Virus record (IMG/VR): IMGVR_UViG_3300025083_002903 | Location: 1-63,101 of that record | Length of the DNA stretch: 63,101 nucleotides | Strand: one strand, 5' to 3' | DNA from: a virus | Lineage: Duplodnaviria; Caudoviricetes | In this document: positions 1-10,097 of the stretch, one piece after another | How positions within the stretch are numbered: the first letter of the stretch is position 1 | Layout of the letters: each line of letters starts with the position of its first letter | Notes under the pieces: generated by a model | What the model saw: only the letters and a program-made list of their open reading frames with translations | The model's database searches: none | Told to the model about the DNA's origin: nothing | Translations under genes and position numbers: made by a program

Positions 1-1253
1 AAATTAACGGGAGCATCTGTACCGTCTTCGTTTAAGATAAACATTACTTTGTCTTGTCTTTGCAGGATAGCACTATAAGCACTAGAGCTAGAGGTCATTT
101 TAAGACCAGTTTCTGTAGTACCATTTACCCAAAGTCTAACATTACCGTTAGTAGTAGGTCCACCATAAAAATAATAACCTTCATAGCCTGTTTCGTTATT
201 ATCAGTGTCAATTTTAAAAAGCATTTGGTCATCAGTAGTAGTTATTTCATTAGTAGAAAAACTAATATCACCTGTGTTTGCGGCCGCATCTGCAAAGCTC
301 AAAACCCCAGAGCCATTAGTGGTTAACACTTGTCCGCTTGAACCGTCTGAGGTGGGTAGATCATAAGCGCTGCTAATTGTAACTGTGTTTTCATCAACTT
401 CTAAAGGCGTGTAATGGCTTGAACCACCGCCATATGTCTGTAATCGAATGTAATCGCCGGCACTATTAGATTTAATATTAAATCCGCCATTGCCTACATA
501 TTGAATGTGTCCTTGTATGCCAGTGGCGGTGGCGTTGAAATTGATAATAGGATTACCTGAGTTACCACTACCGTCTCCCAAATTAATAGCTGGATTTCCA
601 GACGCTGGGCCTGTAGTAATATTATCAACATTTAAGATGCTTCCACCAACTTCGATATCGGCAGCTGTTGTGATTTTTCCGTTAACATGAAATCTCTGTA
701 CCCCGGATTGGATAGTCATCAGAGAGTTCATCGAACCAGCTCTATAAAATATAACTTGATTTTTAAAGTTAAAATAGGTATCATTAGTAGAGCCTGCGCC
801 GTTACCTATTCTGAAAACAGTACCATCATGATATATCCATTGATCGTTAAATTTAGCCGTTGCCCCACTATCAAATATTAAATCATCTGTAGATTTATCA
901 AAGGTGATATTGTAAGTATCGCCTGTAAGCACTAAATCACTTGCTACGTCAATAATCCCGTCACCACCATCTATCTTAACGCCGTATGTATCGGTTTGTT
1001 TGTTAACTGAGTTAGTTGCAGAACCGCCATATAAAGCAAGACCACCATTATTTGTAAGATGAACCTGTGGTCTAGTCGTTTGAATCCCACCACCTAAGAT
1101 AGCTAGGTCATTATTCGCAGAGTATACATCATTACCTGTTGTATTTAAATCACCACCAAGTGTTGGTGATGAGTCTAAAGATACGTCGGTACCACCAGCA
1201 GAACCTGTATAGCCGACATATGAACCACCTAAAAACGAACTAAGATTAGCCAT
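1..1253 (-). CDS. Tail fibre protein, partial (runs off the left edge; absent from the ORF track)
   Basis: Manual translation from ATG at 1253 gives MANLSSFLGGSYVGYTGSAGGTDVSLDSSPTLGGDLNTTG...LPTSDGSSGQVLTTNGSGVLSF..., open to position 1. SPTLGGDL and DGSSGQVLTTNGSG are common fibre motifs. Preceded by GATAAATA. Confidence 0.85.
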   Translation of the reverse strand, partial: MANLSSFLGGSYVGYTGSAGGTDVSLDSSPTLGGDLNTTGNDVYSANNDLAILGGGIQTTRPQVHLTNNGGLALYGGSATNSVNKQTDTYGVKIDGGDGIIDVASDLVLTGDTYNITFDKSTDDLIFDSGATAKFNDQWIYHDGTVFRIGNGAGSTNDTYFNFKNQVIFYRAGSMNSLMTIQSGVQRFHVNGKITTAADIEVGGSILNVDNITTGPASGNPAINLGDGSGNSGNPIINFNATATGIQGHIQYVGNGGFNIKSNSAGDYIRLQTYGGGSSHYTPLEVDENTVTISSAYDLPTSDGSSGQVLTTNGSGVLSFADAAANTGDISFSTNEITTTDDQMLFKIDTDNNETGYEGYYFYGGPTTNGNVRLWVNGTTETGLKMTSSSSAYSAILQRQDKVMFILNEDGTDAPVN

Positions 1254-1286
1254 TATTCAAAACCTTTGCATTGATATCTTTAATTG

Positions 1287-1294
1287 TATTTATC
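1287..1294 (-). promoter_or_regulatory. Putative T4-type late promoter (GATAAATA)
   Basis: tatttatc on + strand in the gap 34 nt upstream of the 1253 ATG. Confidence 0.55.
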
Positions 1295-1301
1295 TATTTT
1301 A

Positions 1302-1817
1302 CTATACGGGGAGTGTGGGCCACGTAACATTAAAAGGGAAACCTTCTTGTGATGGTATATCTCGTAGTGCCTGGCGATAGGCAGTCATGTCAGATGACAT
1401 TGTAATATCCGACAAAGCCATCCAGTCAGTTTCCTGCAATAAGCTATCACGTTTAGCTCTTACGTTAGTTTCTGCCGTGGCTTGCTCCATGTTTTGCACT
1501 GTGTGAGCTACTTCCCACTCGTTGCCGTACAATGGTTGTCCTACCTCATCCTCCATAACTTCACCTGTATCTGGATGTAAGCAATCTTCCTCAGTCTTCA
1601 GACGAATGACTTCTCTTGTAGGTGTGCCTATAACAAGAGTTTGAACAAGCGGATCATAGCTTGGTTTTTCTAGTTCAGTGACCTCAAAGACTGCATACCT
1701 ACGCAGGATCGTATTAGGGATCTGGCGAGGAAAAGATGTGTCTGGGTTATCACGGCGAAATTGTCTAATCGTGTATGGAAATTGATCGACATTACCGTTT
1801 GTAAGTTTTACGTGCAT
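1302..1817 (-). CDS. Phage tail (fibre) assembly chaperone
   Basis: C-terminal VRAKRDSLLQETDWMALSD...AYRQALRDIPSQEGFPFNVTWP, typical of Phage_tail_APC-like chaperones; N-terminal FPYT...RRDNPDTSFP. Confidence 0.85.
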   Translation of the reverse strand: MHVKLTNGNVDQFPYTIRQFRRDNPDTSFPRQIPNTILRRYAVFEVTELEKPSYDPLVQTLVIGTPTREVIRLKTEEDCLHPDTGEVMEDEVGQPLYGNEWEVAHTVQNMEQATAETNVRAKRDSLLQETDWMALSDITMSSDMTAYRQALRDIPSQEGFPFNVTWPTLPV

Positions 1818-1832
1818 GGTTTCTCCTATGTT

Positions 1833-2408
1833 TTATAACTCAGTAATAATTATATTATCAAAATTACCCCCGCCAACTATACTTGCGTCTCCATGAATCG
1901 CAAAAAATGTATTAGTTGAGCTAACACTTTTGTTTGTTTCTATGGTTGTGCCGTTAATTGACCATGAAGCTTTTGCTTGTGAGTCGATTGTAATTACTAC
2001 CGAATGCCAAGTGGCTAAACTGTAATGATTTGCAGTTGCCGTAGGGTTTCCCCAACTTGTCCAACTATTAAATTGCCCTATCCCGCTATTAAAATTTGTT
2101 CTACCCTCTATTCTCAAATAGCTTCCTGACCCAGATGAGTTTACAGCAAAGGGAAAATTACAAAGATGCGCTCCAGAGTTTATGATATACACATCAAAGG
2201 AAATTATTTTTGATACAAAAGATGTACCAAGATCATAGTAAGCATAATTACCCCCAGTAGCCTTAAGACTGGGACTAGGATTGCCTACCGTACTGTCTAC
2301 TGTGGCACCACTAACCGTCCAGTTGCTTAAGGAACTTCCATCGCTTTGGAAAAGAGATGTATCGCTTCCATCCGCACCCATTTGGAATATTTTTGAAATA
2401 CTTGACAT
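1833..2408 (-). CDS. ConA/lectin-like beta-sandwich virion protein
   Basis: TWHSVVITID...WSING...GNFDNIII resembles a ConA/LamG-like fold; lies between fibre and chaperone genes. Confidence 0.55.
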   Translation of the reverse strand: MSSISKIFQMGADGSDTSLFQSDGSSLSNWTVSGATVDSTVGNPSPSLKATGGNYAYYDLGTSFVSKIISFDVYIINSGAHLCNFPFAVNSSGSGSYLRIEGRTNFNSGIGQFNSWTSWGNPTATANHYSLATWHSVVITIDSQAKASWSINGTTIETNKSVSSTNTFFAIHGDASIVGGGNFDNIIITEL

Positions 2409-2409
2409 A

Positions 2410-5247
2410 TTAGTTCTCCGACTCGTTTCCGGATGATGCAGCTAAACTAGTGTTTGTAGATGGAAATGAACGACCGTCACCGTAAATAATACGAACTGCG
2501 CCATCACCACCTTCTTTAGCACAATTCCCCCTATTACCTGACCCGCCACCGCCGCCGTAGTTCCCATCTGCCGTTGCCGAACCTGTACTACAACCAGAAT
2601 CTCCACCATCTCCAGTAGCACCACCTGAACCACCAGTACCACCTGTCGAGTTTCCGCCAGAGCTATAAATGCCTCCTGTGCCAGTTACACCTTCTCCAAA
2701 TATTCCTACACCGCCTCCGCCTGATCCAATAAAGTTAGTAGGGTAAGCACCTTCACCACCAGCACCTCCGCCACCACCGCCTCCACCTGCTCCACCACTG
2801 CCGTTTTGTGTAGTACCTCCACCAGCTCCACCGTTTCCACTATAGCCGGCAGCACCACCGCCACCTGATGCTCCTGAGTTTCCACCGTTGCCACCGTTAG
2901 CACCGCCATCGCCTACATATGTTCCACCAACACCATCTCCTGCAAGTTGAACTCCGTCTAACGCATACCCGCCGCCGCCGGCACCACCACCACCTTTTAC
3001 AGTTGTAGCATCTACGAAATACGAATCGCCTCCGTAAGAATTGGGGTAAGCCGAATGCTCTCCTTTGACTCCAACAACAACGGTATATGATTGCCCCGGT
3101 GTGACACTATAGTCGTTAATGTATCCTAGTCCAGCACCACCTCCGGCTGTGTCACCATAACCGCCACCGCCGCCCCCAACGCAAACTACGCTAACTTTAG
3201 TAACTCCTGTAGGGCATGTCCAACTATGAGTTCCAGCCGTAGTGTATCGATGACCGCCTGGTGGTATAGGTGCGGGTTCAACATAATCTTTAATATCTGA
3301 TGCTATATTAGAACCTTGATAAGTTGTACCACCATCGTCTGTGTAGAATGAAAGTATATCTTTTTGACCGATCTCTGGACTACTTGGCGCTACGCCTCCA
3401 GAAAACTTCGCTGATGACGGGTATGTGATTGTAGCTGCTGTTGCAGTACCTGATATAGAGTATTGGAAAATAGCATCATTGGATCTACCTGCTACATACA
3501 TTTTTGTACCGTCAGGTTTTAAATAAAGTCCAAAGGGAAGTGGATCTTGACTCTGTACGCTAAAACTCACACTGTCGTAGGATGCTGTAGAAAGATCGTA
3601 AGCGGTACTTAAACTATACTGGTAAACACTGTCAGTATTACTTCCAATAATATACATCTTTGTGCCATCAGATTTTATGGATATTCCATGCGGAAATACA
3701 TCTTGCGAACTAACACTAAAAGTAGAGCTATGAGAAGCTGTTGATATATCCCAAGCCGCACTTAAATTATATTGATTAGCAGTAGATAAACCAGCACCAC
3801 AGATATACATCTTAGTCCCATCTGAGCTAAAAAATAAACCCCGACCCGCTGCTTCTTTATTAGAGACATTAAGACTTTGGTTTAAAGAAGAACTCGTAAT
3901 ATCCCACGCAGTGGACATGTTATATTCATAAACTTTATCTTCGCCACGATCTATTGAATACCATTTAAGACCATCGGCTCTAAAGAATAGTGCCTCAGTA
4001 ATTCCCGGAGGTGAGCCATAATAATATGAAACATTGTTATATGAGGCAGTACTTACGTCAAAGGCAGTGGACAAGTCGTACTCAAATACACTGTCAGCAT
4101 TTCCACCTGTCATATACATTTTTGTACCATCAGGCTTAAAAAATAAAGCACTGGCTAGAGTTTCTTGACCACTGATATCAAAGCTCTTGCTATCATAGCT
4201 TGCATTAGCCAAGTCATAAGTCTCAGCCACATTCGCCCCAGTAATTTCTAAAGCAAAGCCAGCCACAGAGCCAGATGCTGGTGCGTTACCAAATGTAAAC
4301 GTTGTGTTAGATGTAGGAGTGTACTTGAAGTAATTACCAGTAGAAAGGTCTATGTTCTCAACATACGAGCCTGTAGAGTATTGATAGATGGTGTCATCAT
4401 TGGTTCCCATTAGATATAATTTTGTACCGTCATCTTTAAATCTAAAACCATAACCATCGGTTGTTTGACCTGACCACGAAAGTTCAGCAGTATCTTTGGT
4501 AGATGTTGAAATATCATAAGGTGTAGACATAGAAAACTGAATGATTTTATCTGACTGCCTTGCGGAAATCCACCATTTTGTGCCATCAGAATTAACGTTA
4601 ATACCAGCATGAACACCATCATATGACAAAACGTTAAAATTTGTACTGTCAAGACTTGCTGTAGATAAATCCCAAGCAGTTCCAAGTGTCCAACTATATA
4701 TTCTATCCGTGTTAAAGCAACCAACATACAATTTTGTTCCATCCTGAGCGCCGCCAGATGGTATGGAAAATTGGCCTCCAAGAAAACCAGAGGCGGCAGT
4801 AGTCAAATCTAAACTTACATTACTATAAGAACCCGTCGAAATATCATAAGGTGTAGTCAAAGAATATTCAAAAATTGCATCTGCATCAGACCCTTGCACA
4901 TACATCTTTGTTCCATCATTATTAAATAGAATACCTCTAGGGGAGGTCATCTGAGATGATAAACTTAAAGATTTACTTGCATAGCTTGCGGTACTTATAT
5001 CCCATGCAACTGAACAGTTGTATTGATATGCAGTATCATTAGTCTGCCCAACAATAACAAAAGACGTTCCATCTGGCTTAAAATCTAAATCAAAAGGAAC
5101 TGTTTCTTGAGTGGCTACTGAAAAACTTTTACTATCATAACTCGCATTAGCAATATCATAGCCAGCCTGTGCTTGAGCTACTGTACCTATACTCATCGTT
5201 GAATTAGATTCAAATGCTCCAGAACTATAATCTATTTCTATGCTCAT
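2410..5247 (-). CDS. Tail fibre/receptor-binding protein: two 5-repeat beta-propellers, split DLSTG...DGGTTY domain, C-terminal Gly-rich domain
   Basis: Ten F(K/S)PDGTKMY...YxLSTAWDISTASY repeats; IDLSTGNYF...YTDDGGTTYQG domain; WTCPTGVTKVSVVCVGGGGGG...GGDGAVRII Gly-rich module. Confidence 0.8.
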   Translation of the reverse strand: MSIEIDYSSGAFESNSTMSIGTVAQAQAGYDIANASYDSKSFSVATQETVPFDLDFKPDGTSFVIVGQTNDTAYQYNCSVAWDISTASYASKSLSLSSQMTSPRGILFNNDGTKMYVQGSDADAIFEYSLTTPYDISTGSYSNVSLDLTTAASGFLGGQFSIPSGGAQDGTKLYVGCFNTDRIYSWTLGTAWDLSTASLDSTNFNVLSYDGVHAGINVNSDGTKWWISARQSDKIIQFSMSTPYDISTSTKDTAELSWSGQTTDGYGFRFKDDGTKLYLMGTNDDTIYQYSTGSYVENIDLSTGNYFKYTPTSNTTFTFGNAPASGSVAGFALEITGANVAETYDLANASYDSKSFDISGQETLASALFFKPDGTKMYMTGGNADSVFEYDLSTAFDVSTASYNNVSYYYGSPPGITEALFFRADGLKWYSIDRGEDKVYEYNMSTAWDITSSSLNQSLNVSNKEAAGRGLFFSSDGTKMYICGAGLSTANQYNLSAAWDISTASHSSTFSVSSQDVFPHGISIKSDGTKMYIIGSNTDSVYQYSLSTAYDLSTASYDSVSFSVQSQDPLPFGLYLKPDGTKMYVAGRSNDAIFQYSISGTATAATITYPSSAKFSGGVAPSSPEIGQKDILSFYTDDGGTTYQGSNIASDIKDYVEPAPIPPGGHRYTTAGTHSWTCPTGVTKVSVVCVGGGGGGYGDTAGGGAGLGYINDYSVTPGQSYTVVVGVKGEHSAYPNSYGGDSYFVDATTVKGGGGAGGGGYALDGVQLAGDGVGGTYVGDGGANGGNGGNSGASGGGGAAGYSGNGGAGGGTTQNGSGGAGGGGGGGGAGGEGAYPTNFIGSGGGGVGIFGEGVTGTGGIYSSGGNSTGGTGGSGGATGDGGDSGCSTGSATADGNYGGGGGSGNRGNCAKEGGDGAVRIIYGDGRSFPSTNTSLAASSGNESEN

Positions 5248-6449
5248 GAAAATGTTCCTCCTATTTCATACCCATACCAAGTTGTTCCACCATTGGTCGT
5301 AGAAAAAGATAGCACATCACTATCACCACTAGCTGGGCTTGCAGGCACTTGTCCATCATGCCATTTAACTGAAGAGGGGTAGGTAAATGTTGCGGCGGCT
5401 GCTGATCCTGCTGTTGAGTAAACATTAATATCAAAGCTAGTACTGTTCTTTACTGATACTACTTTAGCGCCATCAGAAGTCCACGATAAACTAGCAGAGC
5501 TAGTCCCACCAGTATATGTATTCATACTGGTATATGAAGATGGATCAAAAGGAGTAGCTAATACAAGATATATTTTTTCATATCCATACACAGAAGATAT
5601 AATTAGCTTAGTTCCATCGGCACTATAATTTGAACCATGAACCCAGTAATTAGATCGAGCAGTATAACCAAAAGCTGTTAAATTATACACTGTTGGAGTT
5701 CCAACACTTGAAAGATCGTAGGGTGTGCTTAGAGGAACTATTCCAAATCTTGTATCAACATTATTACCACCTAAAGTTAGTAAAGTGCCATTGTTTGCAA
5801 AACGAACCGATCTTGAATCGGAAATACCGCCGGTACTGGCAATAGTCGTCCAAGTACTGACATGAGTTTTCGTACTTGATAAATCCCACGCATTAGCTAG
5901 AGAAAATTGACTAAGCCTTAAAGTAGAATCATCACACCTTACAATTACTTGTGTACCATCAGGACTAAATGTAAATCCTCTAAAATCAGTTCCGCTTCCA
6001 CTAACTCCTGTGCCAGTTGTTCCGTTCACAACCAAGCTTCTCACAAGAGTTGCTGTGCTATCTACATCAAAAGGAGTTGCTAGAGAGTAATGCCATATTG
6101 TACCATAATAATCCAAAATAAATAAATCTGTACCGTTATCTCGTATAAAAACATCTTCTTCTAAATTTGACGGTCCAGTATTATCAAACTGGTTTGTACT
6201 TGAAAAGGTTGTTAGATTAGGTACATCCCATCCAGATGTGACATTTGCGCCTGTCAACTTAAGAGTAAATGAATAACCTGTTCCTGATGCTGGTGGGTTA
6301 CTAAACGTAAATGTAGTATTTGCGGTAGGTGTATGACTAAACACATTACCAGAAGTTAAATCAAGCGTTGCGTTCCCAGTGATGGCACCAAGAGTTTCTA
6401 CAAAGGTAGATTCCAAAGTACCATTTGTGTAATCGATCTCAATACTCAT
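5244..6449 (-). CDS. Fibre paralogue with one inserted, divergent beta-propeller
   Basis: MSIEIDYTNG start; LDLTSGNVFSHTPTANTTFTFSNPPASG...TTNGGTTWYG; five DGT-type repeats. Confidence 0.75.
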   Translation of the reverse strand: MSIEIDYTNGTLESTFVETLGAITGNATLDLTSGNVFSHTPTANTTFTFSNPPASGTGYSFTLKLTGANVTSGWDVPNLTTFSSTNQFDNTGPSNLEEDVFIRDNGTDLFILDYYGTIWHYSLATPFDVDSTATLVRSLVVNGTTGTGVSGSGTDFRGFTFSPDGTQVIVRCDDSTLRLSQFSLANAWDLSSTKTHVSTWTTIASTGGISDSRSVRFANNGTLLTLGGNNVDTRFGIVPLSTPYDLSSVGTPTVYNLTAFGYTARSNYWVHGSNYSADGTKLIISSVYGYEKIYLVLATPFDPSSYTSMNTYTGGTSSASLSWTSDGAKVVSVKNSTSFDINVYSTAGSAAAATFTYPSSVKWHDGQVPASPASGDSDVLSFSTTNGGTTWYGYEIGGTFS

Positions 6450-7594
6450 GATAAATCAGTTCCTGTCTTTTTACCTTGATATGTTAGGCCACCGTCTGAT
6501 GTGAAAAACATAAATGAATCAGTTGTGTTCACAGCAGGTAAATCCGGAACTATACCGCCAACCCAATCTATGTTTGTTGGAAACGTAATTGTTGTAGGAA
6601 CAGGTGTTGAACCTGTAGTATATCCTCGTATATACCCTAGCTGATCAAATATGAACATTTTACTACCATCAGGTTTAAACATAGTACCCCAGTAAACTGA
6701 TCTTTCTGATAATGTAACACTTACATTATAAGATGCTGTTGAAAGATCATAAGCCGAGCTTAACGTCCACATATGAATATCATTATCGTCTGTCCCAGAT
6801 ACAAATAACTTAGTACCATCATTGCTGAGTGTAACAGTTCTTGCATCTGCAAATTGAGATGATATATCAAGATCAGATGCACTAATATAAGATGCTGTTG
6901 ATATATCCCAAGGTGTACTTAACGACCACTCTTCTATTTTATCCGGTCCGTAACCACATATAAACATTTTACTGCCATCAGGTTTAAACTCGAAGTCCAT
7001 AGGAGTTGAAGAATTAACTGCCTTTTCAGTAGGAGTTCCTAATGAAGATATATCCCAAGCTGTAGATAAAGAATATTGTCTAGCTTTAGATTGAGAAAAA
7101 TCTATCGTATATAATTCAGTGCCATCAGGTTTAAATCTAATACCTAATTCATAATTTCCTGCTAAAGAAGCAGTCTGAACATAAGTTAATGTAGATAGAT
7201 CCCAAGGCGTACTTAAACTAAACTCACTAATTTCATCTTGATCGGTTTCAGTTAGGAAATACTTAGTCCCATCAGGTTTAAAATAAGATCCTCTGATAGT
7301 ACCACCTTGGCCTGCGCTGGTGTGCAACGTACTAACACGCTCTTCATCATTATCATAGCTTGCATTAGCAATGTCATAAGATGAACCTATATTAGCACCA
7401 GTAATATTTACAGTAAAGAGATATACACCATAACTAGGTGGGTTAGTAAAAGTTATAGCGGCATTCTCTTCGCTTGGTGTAAAATTGAATACAGAACCCG
7501 TAGACAAATCTAAGGCACTAGTACTAATAGTGCCAAGCTTATCTACTAGAGGAGTTATTTCAAACCCATTTGTGTAGTCAATTTCAACACTCAT
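6446..7594 (-). CDS. Fibre paralogue with one inserted beta-propeller
   Basis: MSVEIDYTNG start; LDLSTGSVF...FTSDGGLTYQG; five FKPDG-type repeats. Confidence 0.75.
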   Translation of the reverse strand: MSVEIDYTNGFEITPLVDKLGTISTSALDLSTGSVFNFTPSEENAAITFTNPPSYGVYLFTVNITGANIGSSYDIANASYDNDEERVSTLHTSAGQGGTIRGSYFKPDGTKYFLTETDQDEISEFSLSTPWDLSTLTYVQTASLAGNYELGIRFKPDGTELYTIDFSQSKARQYSLSTAWDISSLGTPTEKAVNSSTPMDFEFKPDGSKMFICGYGPDKIEEWSLSTPWDISTASYISASDLDISSQFADARTVTLSNDGTKLFVSGTDDNDIHMWTLSSAYDLSTASYNVSVTLSERSVYWGTMFKPDGSKMFIFDQLGYIRGYTTGSTPVPTTITFPTNIDWVGGIVPDLPAVNTTDSFMFFTSDGGLTYQGKKTGTDLS

Positions 7595-7605
7595 TGCTCT
7601 ACGCC

Positions 7606-7917
7606 TTAAACTGCAGTAGACCCGTCCATATCAGGTTGAGCCATAACCCACGTATAGCACTTAGATAAAAAATCTTCACCTTCTAGTGCTTCGATATCTG
7701 TTAAATTAGCACTATATCTTTTAAAGTCAACTTCCCTAGTTTCATCTGTAGGTGTTGATGTAGCATAAGCTGATAAGTCAATCCCTACTTCAAATTTGTT
7801 TTCACTATGATCTGAACGTTGACGATTAATAGATACTGATGCCACTCTATAGTATGCGCCATTAAACGCAATACCAAATTGAGATGCGCCTTCTTCGATG
7901 TTATGTTGTATAGCCAT
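7606..7917 (-). CDS. Small tail-fibre-associated protein (possible chaperone or cap)
   Basis: 103 aa acidic protein; AGGAG RBS; own late promoter; FLSKCYTWVMAQ C-terminus; sits among fibre genes. Confidence 0.5.
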   Translation of the reverse strand: MAIQHNIEEGASQFGIAFNGAYYRVASVSINRQRSDHSENKFEVGIDLSAYATSTPTDETREVDFKRYSANLTDIEALEGEDFLSKCYTWVMAQPDMDGSTAV

Positions 7918-7961
7918 TGATTTCTCCTTTAGGCGTAAGTAATTTCAGTTGTTCTTGAGTA

Positions 7962-7969
7962 TATTTATA
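7962..7969 (-). promoter_or_regulatory. T4-type late promoter TATAAATA
   Basis: Perfect consensus in an intergenic gap, 45 nt upstream of the 7917 start. Confidence 0.75.
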
Positions 7970-10096
7970 TTAGGAATAAACAACTTCAGACGTGGTGATT
8001 GTAGCTACGAAACGAATATTTGTAGCCGCTGCTCCAGTCACCTCGATCTTGAGGCCACCGTTTGTAGTATCTGCGCTAATAGCCATGCCCCATCCATACG
8101 TGTTGTCTAAGATAGTCGTTGCACTGTTGACCAGCACTGTTGTCGCTGCCGAACCTTCCCTGCGGATCAAGCCTTCGATCTTCCATGCTGCCGATGCTGT
8201 GCCTTGTGAGGCTTGCTGACGGGCTACAATGGTGCCGTGGAAGGCATATGCAGAGTTGTTAGGAAGGACGATTTGGTTTGTTGTGTTAGGAGAGCTTAAA
8301 CTAGTGTCTGAAACTAATACTTTTGGAGTTGCATCTACTGTTTGGTTGCGAAGTACTTGAATTCCTGCTTGAAGCCCAAATTGATAAGTTGACCCTGCAA
8401 TTAAATCGCCGCCAGAAATAACCATCTTTCCAGAAAGAATTGCTCTTGAAGCGGGACCAAACGCAAATGAGTTACTAGCGTTAGCATGTGCTGGATACAA
8501 ATGAGTTGTTGCACCAAATGCGAATGAACCAGTACCGCAAGCAGTTGTCTGGAAGCCAAGCGCCACAGAATATGTACCACATGCCGCAGGCCCGCTACCA
8601 ATCGCAAGAGAGGCATAACCATTAGCATTTGCATACGAACCCAACGCAACTGACCCAGAACTAGTTGCTTTTGCCTGCTGCCCAATAGCCACCGAGTTAG
8701 CCCCAGTAGCACCATAAGAACTGGTGTTGTCAGTAATTACTGCTGCAAAACTATCATTACCACCTGCGTATGATTTGCTTAACGAAATTGATCGTTGGCC
8801 GACAGTAGCAGATGCTCCTGCGATTGCCTGGGATCCTAAAGCTGTAGAATAAAAAGAGTTAGTTTTTGTTAGGGGCCCGACAGATGTTGTTTCTATACTA
8901 TCCGCACATGCACAAAAACCAATTGCCATAGCTTGTGTTCCAGTTTGTGAAATAGCACAATATCCTAGAGAAAGGCTAGAAGATGAGGTAGCTTGAGCGC
9001 AAAAACCAATAGCCTGAGCAAATGTCCCTGTAGCCTTTGAAAGAAGACCAATACTCATAGCACAAGCAGTGGTAGTTCCAAATGTATTTGTGCAATTTTT
9101 AATACCAATTGCAATACTATCATTACCACCTGCATATGAGCAACCTATTGCAATAGCTGAATACCCATGTGTGCAAGCATTTCTACCAATAGCAACTGCG
9201 TCATTCGTATAATTTCTTGCCATATGGCCAACTGCTACACCACCTTGTTGACAGCTTTGAGAATCTTTCCCAATTGTTACTGAATTGCCTCCTACTCCGA
9301 ATGCACCAGCACCAATAGCCACGGCAGAAGAACCCCCGGCCTTGGCCAGTTTTCCTATCGAAATGGCCGAACCACTAGTAGAACCGTAACTTGATGTATT
9401 GTTGTCTATTGCTATTGCAACACTGTTCATCCCAGATGCGTGAGAATTACCTAACGCAATTGCATCTGTTGCACAAGCTTGTGCAGAGTTACCACCAATA
9501 GCAACCGAGTCGCTTCCGCAGGCAGTAGAAAGATAGCCTAATGAAATCGCCCCCGTGGCACATGCAGTAGCCTGCCCGCTAATAGCAATACTTCCCCATC
9601 CAGTAGCATTTGCTCTGTTAGCATTCGCTGTAGAATGTACATCAATATCCCAGTTAGTACTATGAGTATCAAATATAAAATTATTTGAGGCTTCAGGGTC
9701 TACAAATAAAATACCCCCTTGTCTAGACCTCATAGTCCAGTCAGTATTTCCGTTAACTCGTCCACTATGTAAACTATATTGCGGATCAATAGTTAGATCC
9801 CCAACTTGACCATAAGATGGTTGGAAACTATTACCTTTTGTATAAATTCTAATAAACCAGTCATCATCTAAAGTAGAGTCTTCTGGTAAAGTAAGTGTTA
9901 AATTATCAGTATCGACAATAAACACTTTACCTTTGTCTGCGTTAGTTACTGACCAACTCGACGTTTTAACTTCAGGCGCATCAAAAGCTGATCCACCACC
10001 GCCTACCGCACCACCGTCTACTAATAAACCTGTACCATCAGAGCTTAGAGTTATTCCTCCGCCAGAGCCTGTATGATCAAATTCGATTTTTCCCAT
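7970..10096 (-). CDS. YadA-head (Hep_Hag)-like repeat tail fibre, Cys-sprinkled
   Basis: Many 14-aa A(T/C)GxxSxAIGxxA repeats; C-terminal QTVDATPKVL...WKIEG domain shared with 10098-12014 and 12027-14561; about 14 Cys in the repeats. Confidence 0.8.
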   Translation of the reverse strand: MGKIEFDHTGSGGGITLSSDGTGLLVDGGAVGGGGSAFDAPEVKTSSWSVTNADKGKVFIVDTDNLTLTLPEDSTLDDDWFIRIYTKGNSFQPSYGQVGDLTIDPQYSLHSGRVNGNTDWTMRSRQGGILFVDPEASNNFIFDTHSTNWDIDVHSTANANRANATGWGSIAISGQATACATGAISLGYLSTACGSDSVAIGGNSAQACATDAIALGNSHASGMNSVAIAIDNNTSSYGSTSGSAISIGKLAKAGGSSAVAIGAGAFGVGGNSVTIGKDSQSCQQGGVAVGHMARNYTNDAVAIGRNACTHGYSAIAIGCSYAGGNDSIAIGIKNCTNTFGTTTACAMSIGLLSKATGTFAQAIGFCAQATSSSSLSLGYCAISQTGTQAMAIGFCACADSIETTSVGPLTKTNSFYSTALGSQAIAGASATVGQRSISLSKSYAGGNDSFAAVITDNTSSYGATGANSVAIGQQAKATSSGSVALGSYANANGYASLAIGSGPAACGTYSVALGFQTTACGTGSFAFGATTHLYPAHANASNSFAFGPASRAILSGKMVISGGDLIAGSTYQFGLQAGIQVLRNQTVDATPKVLVSDTSLSSPNTTNQIVLPNNSAYAFHGTIVARQQASQGTASAAWKIEGLIRREGSAATTVLVNSATTILDNTYGWGMAISADTTNGGLKIEVTGAAATNIRFVATITTSEVVYS

Positions 10097-10097
10097 A

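Noticed and set aside
2480-3200. GC-rich island
   Set aside because: Explained by poly-Gly codons; the same holds for 55050-55630
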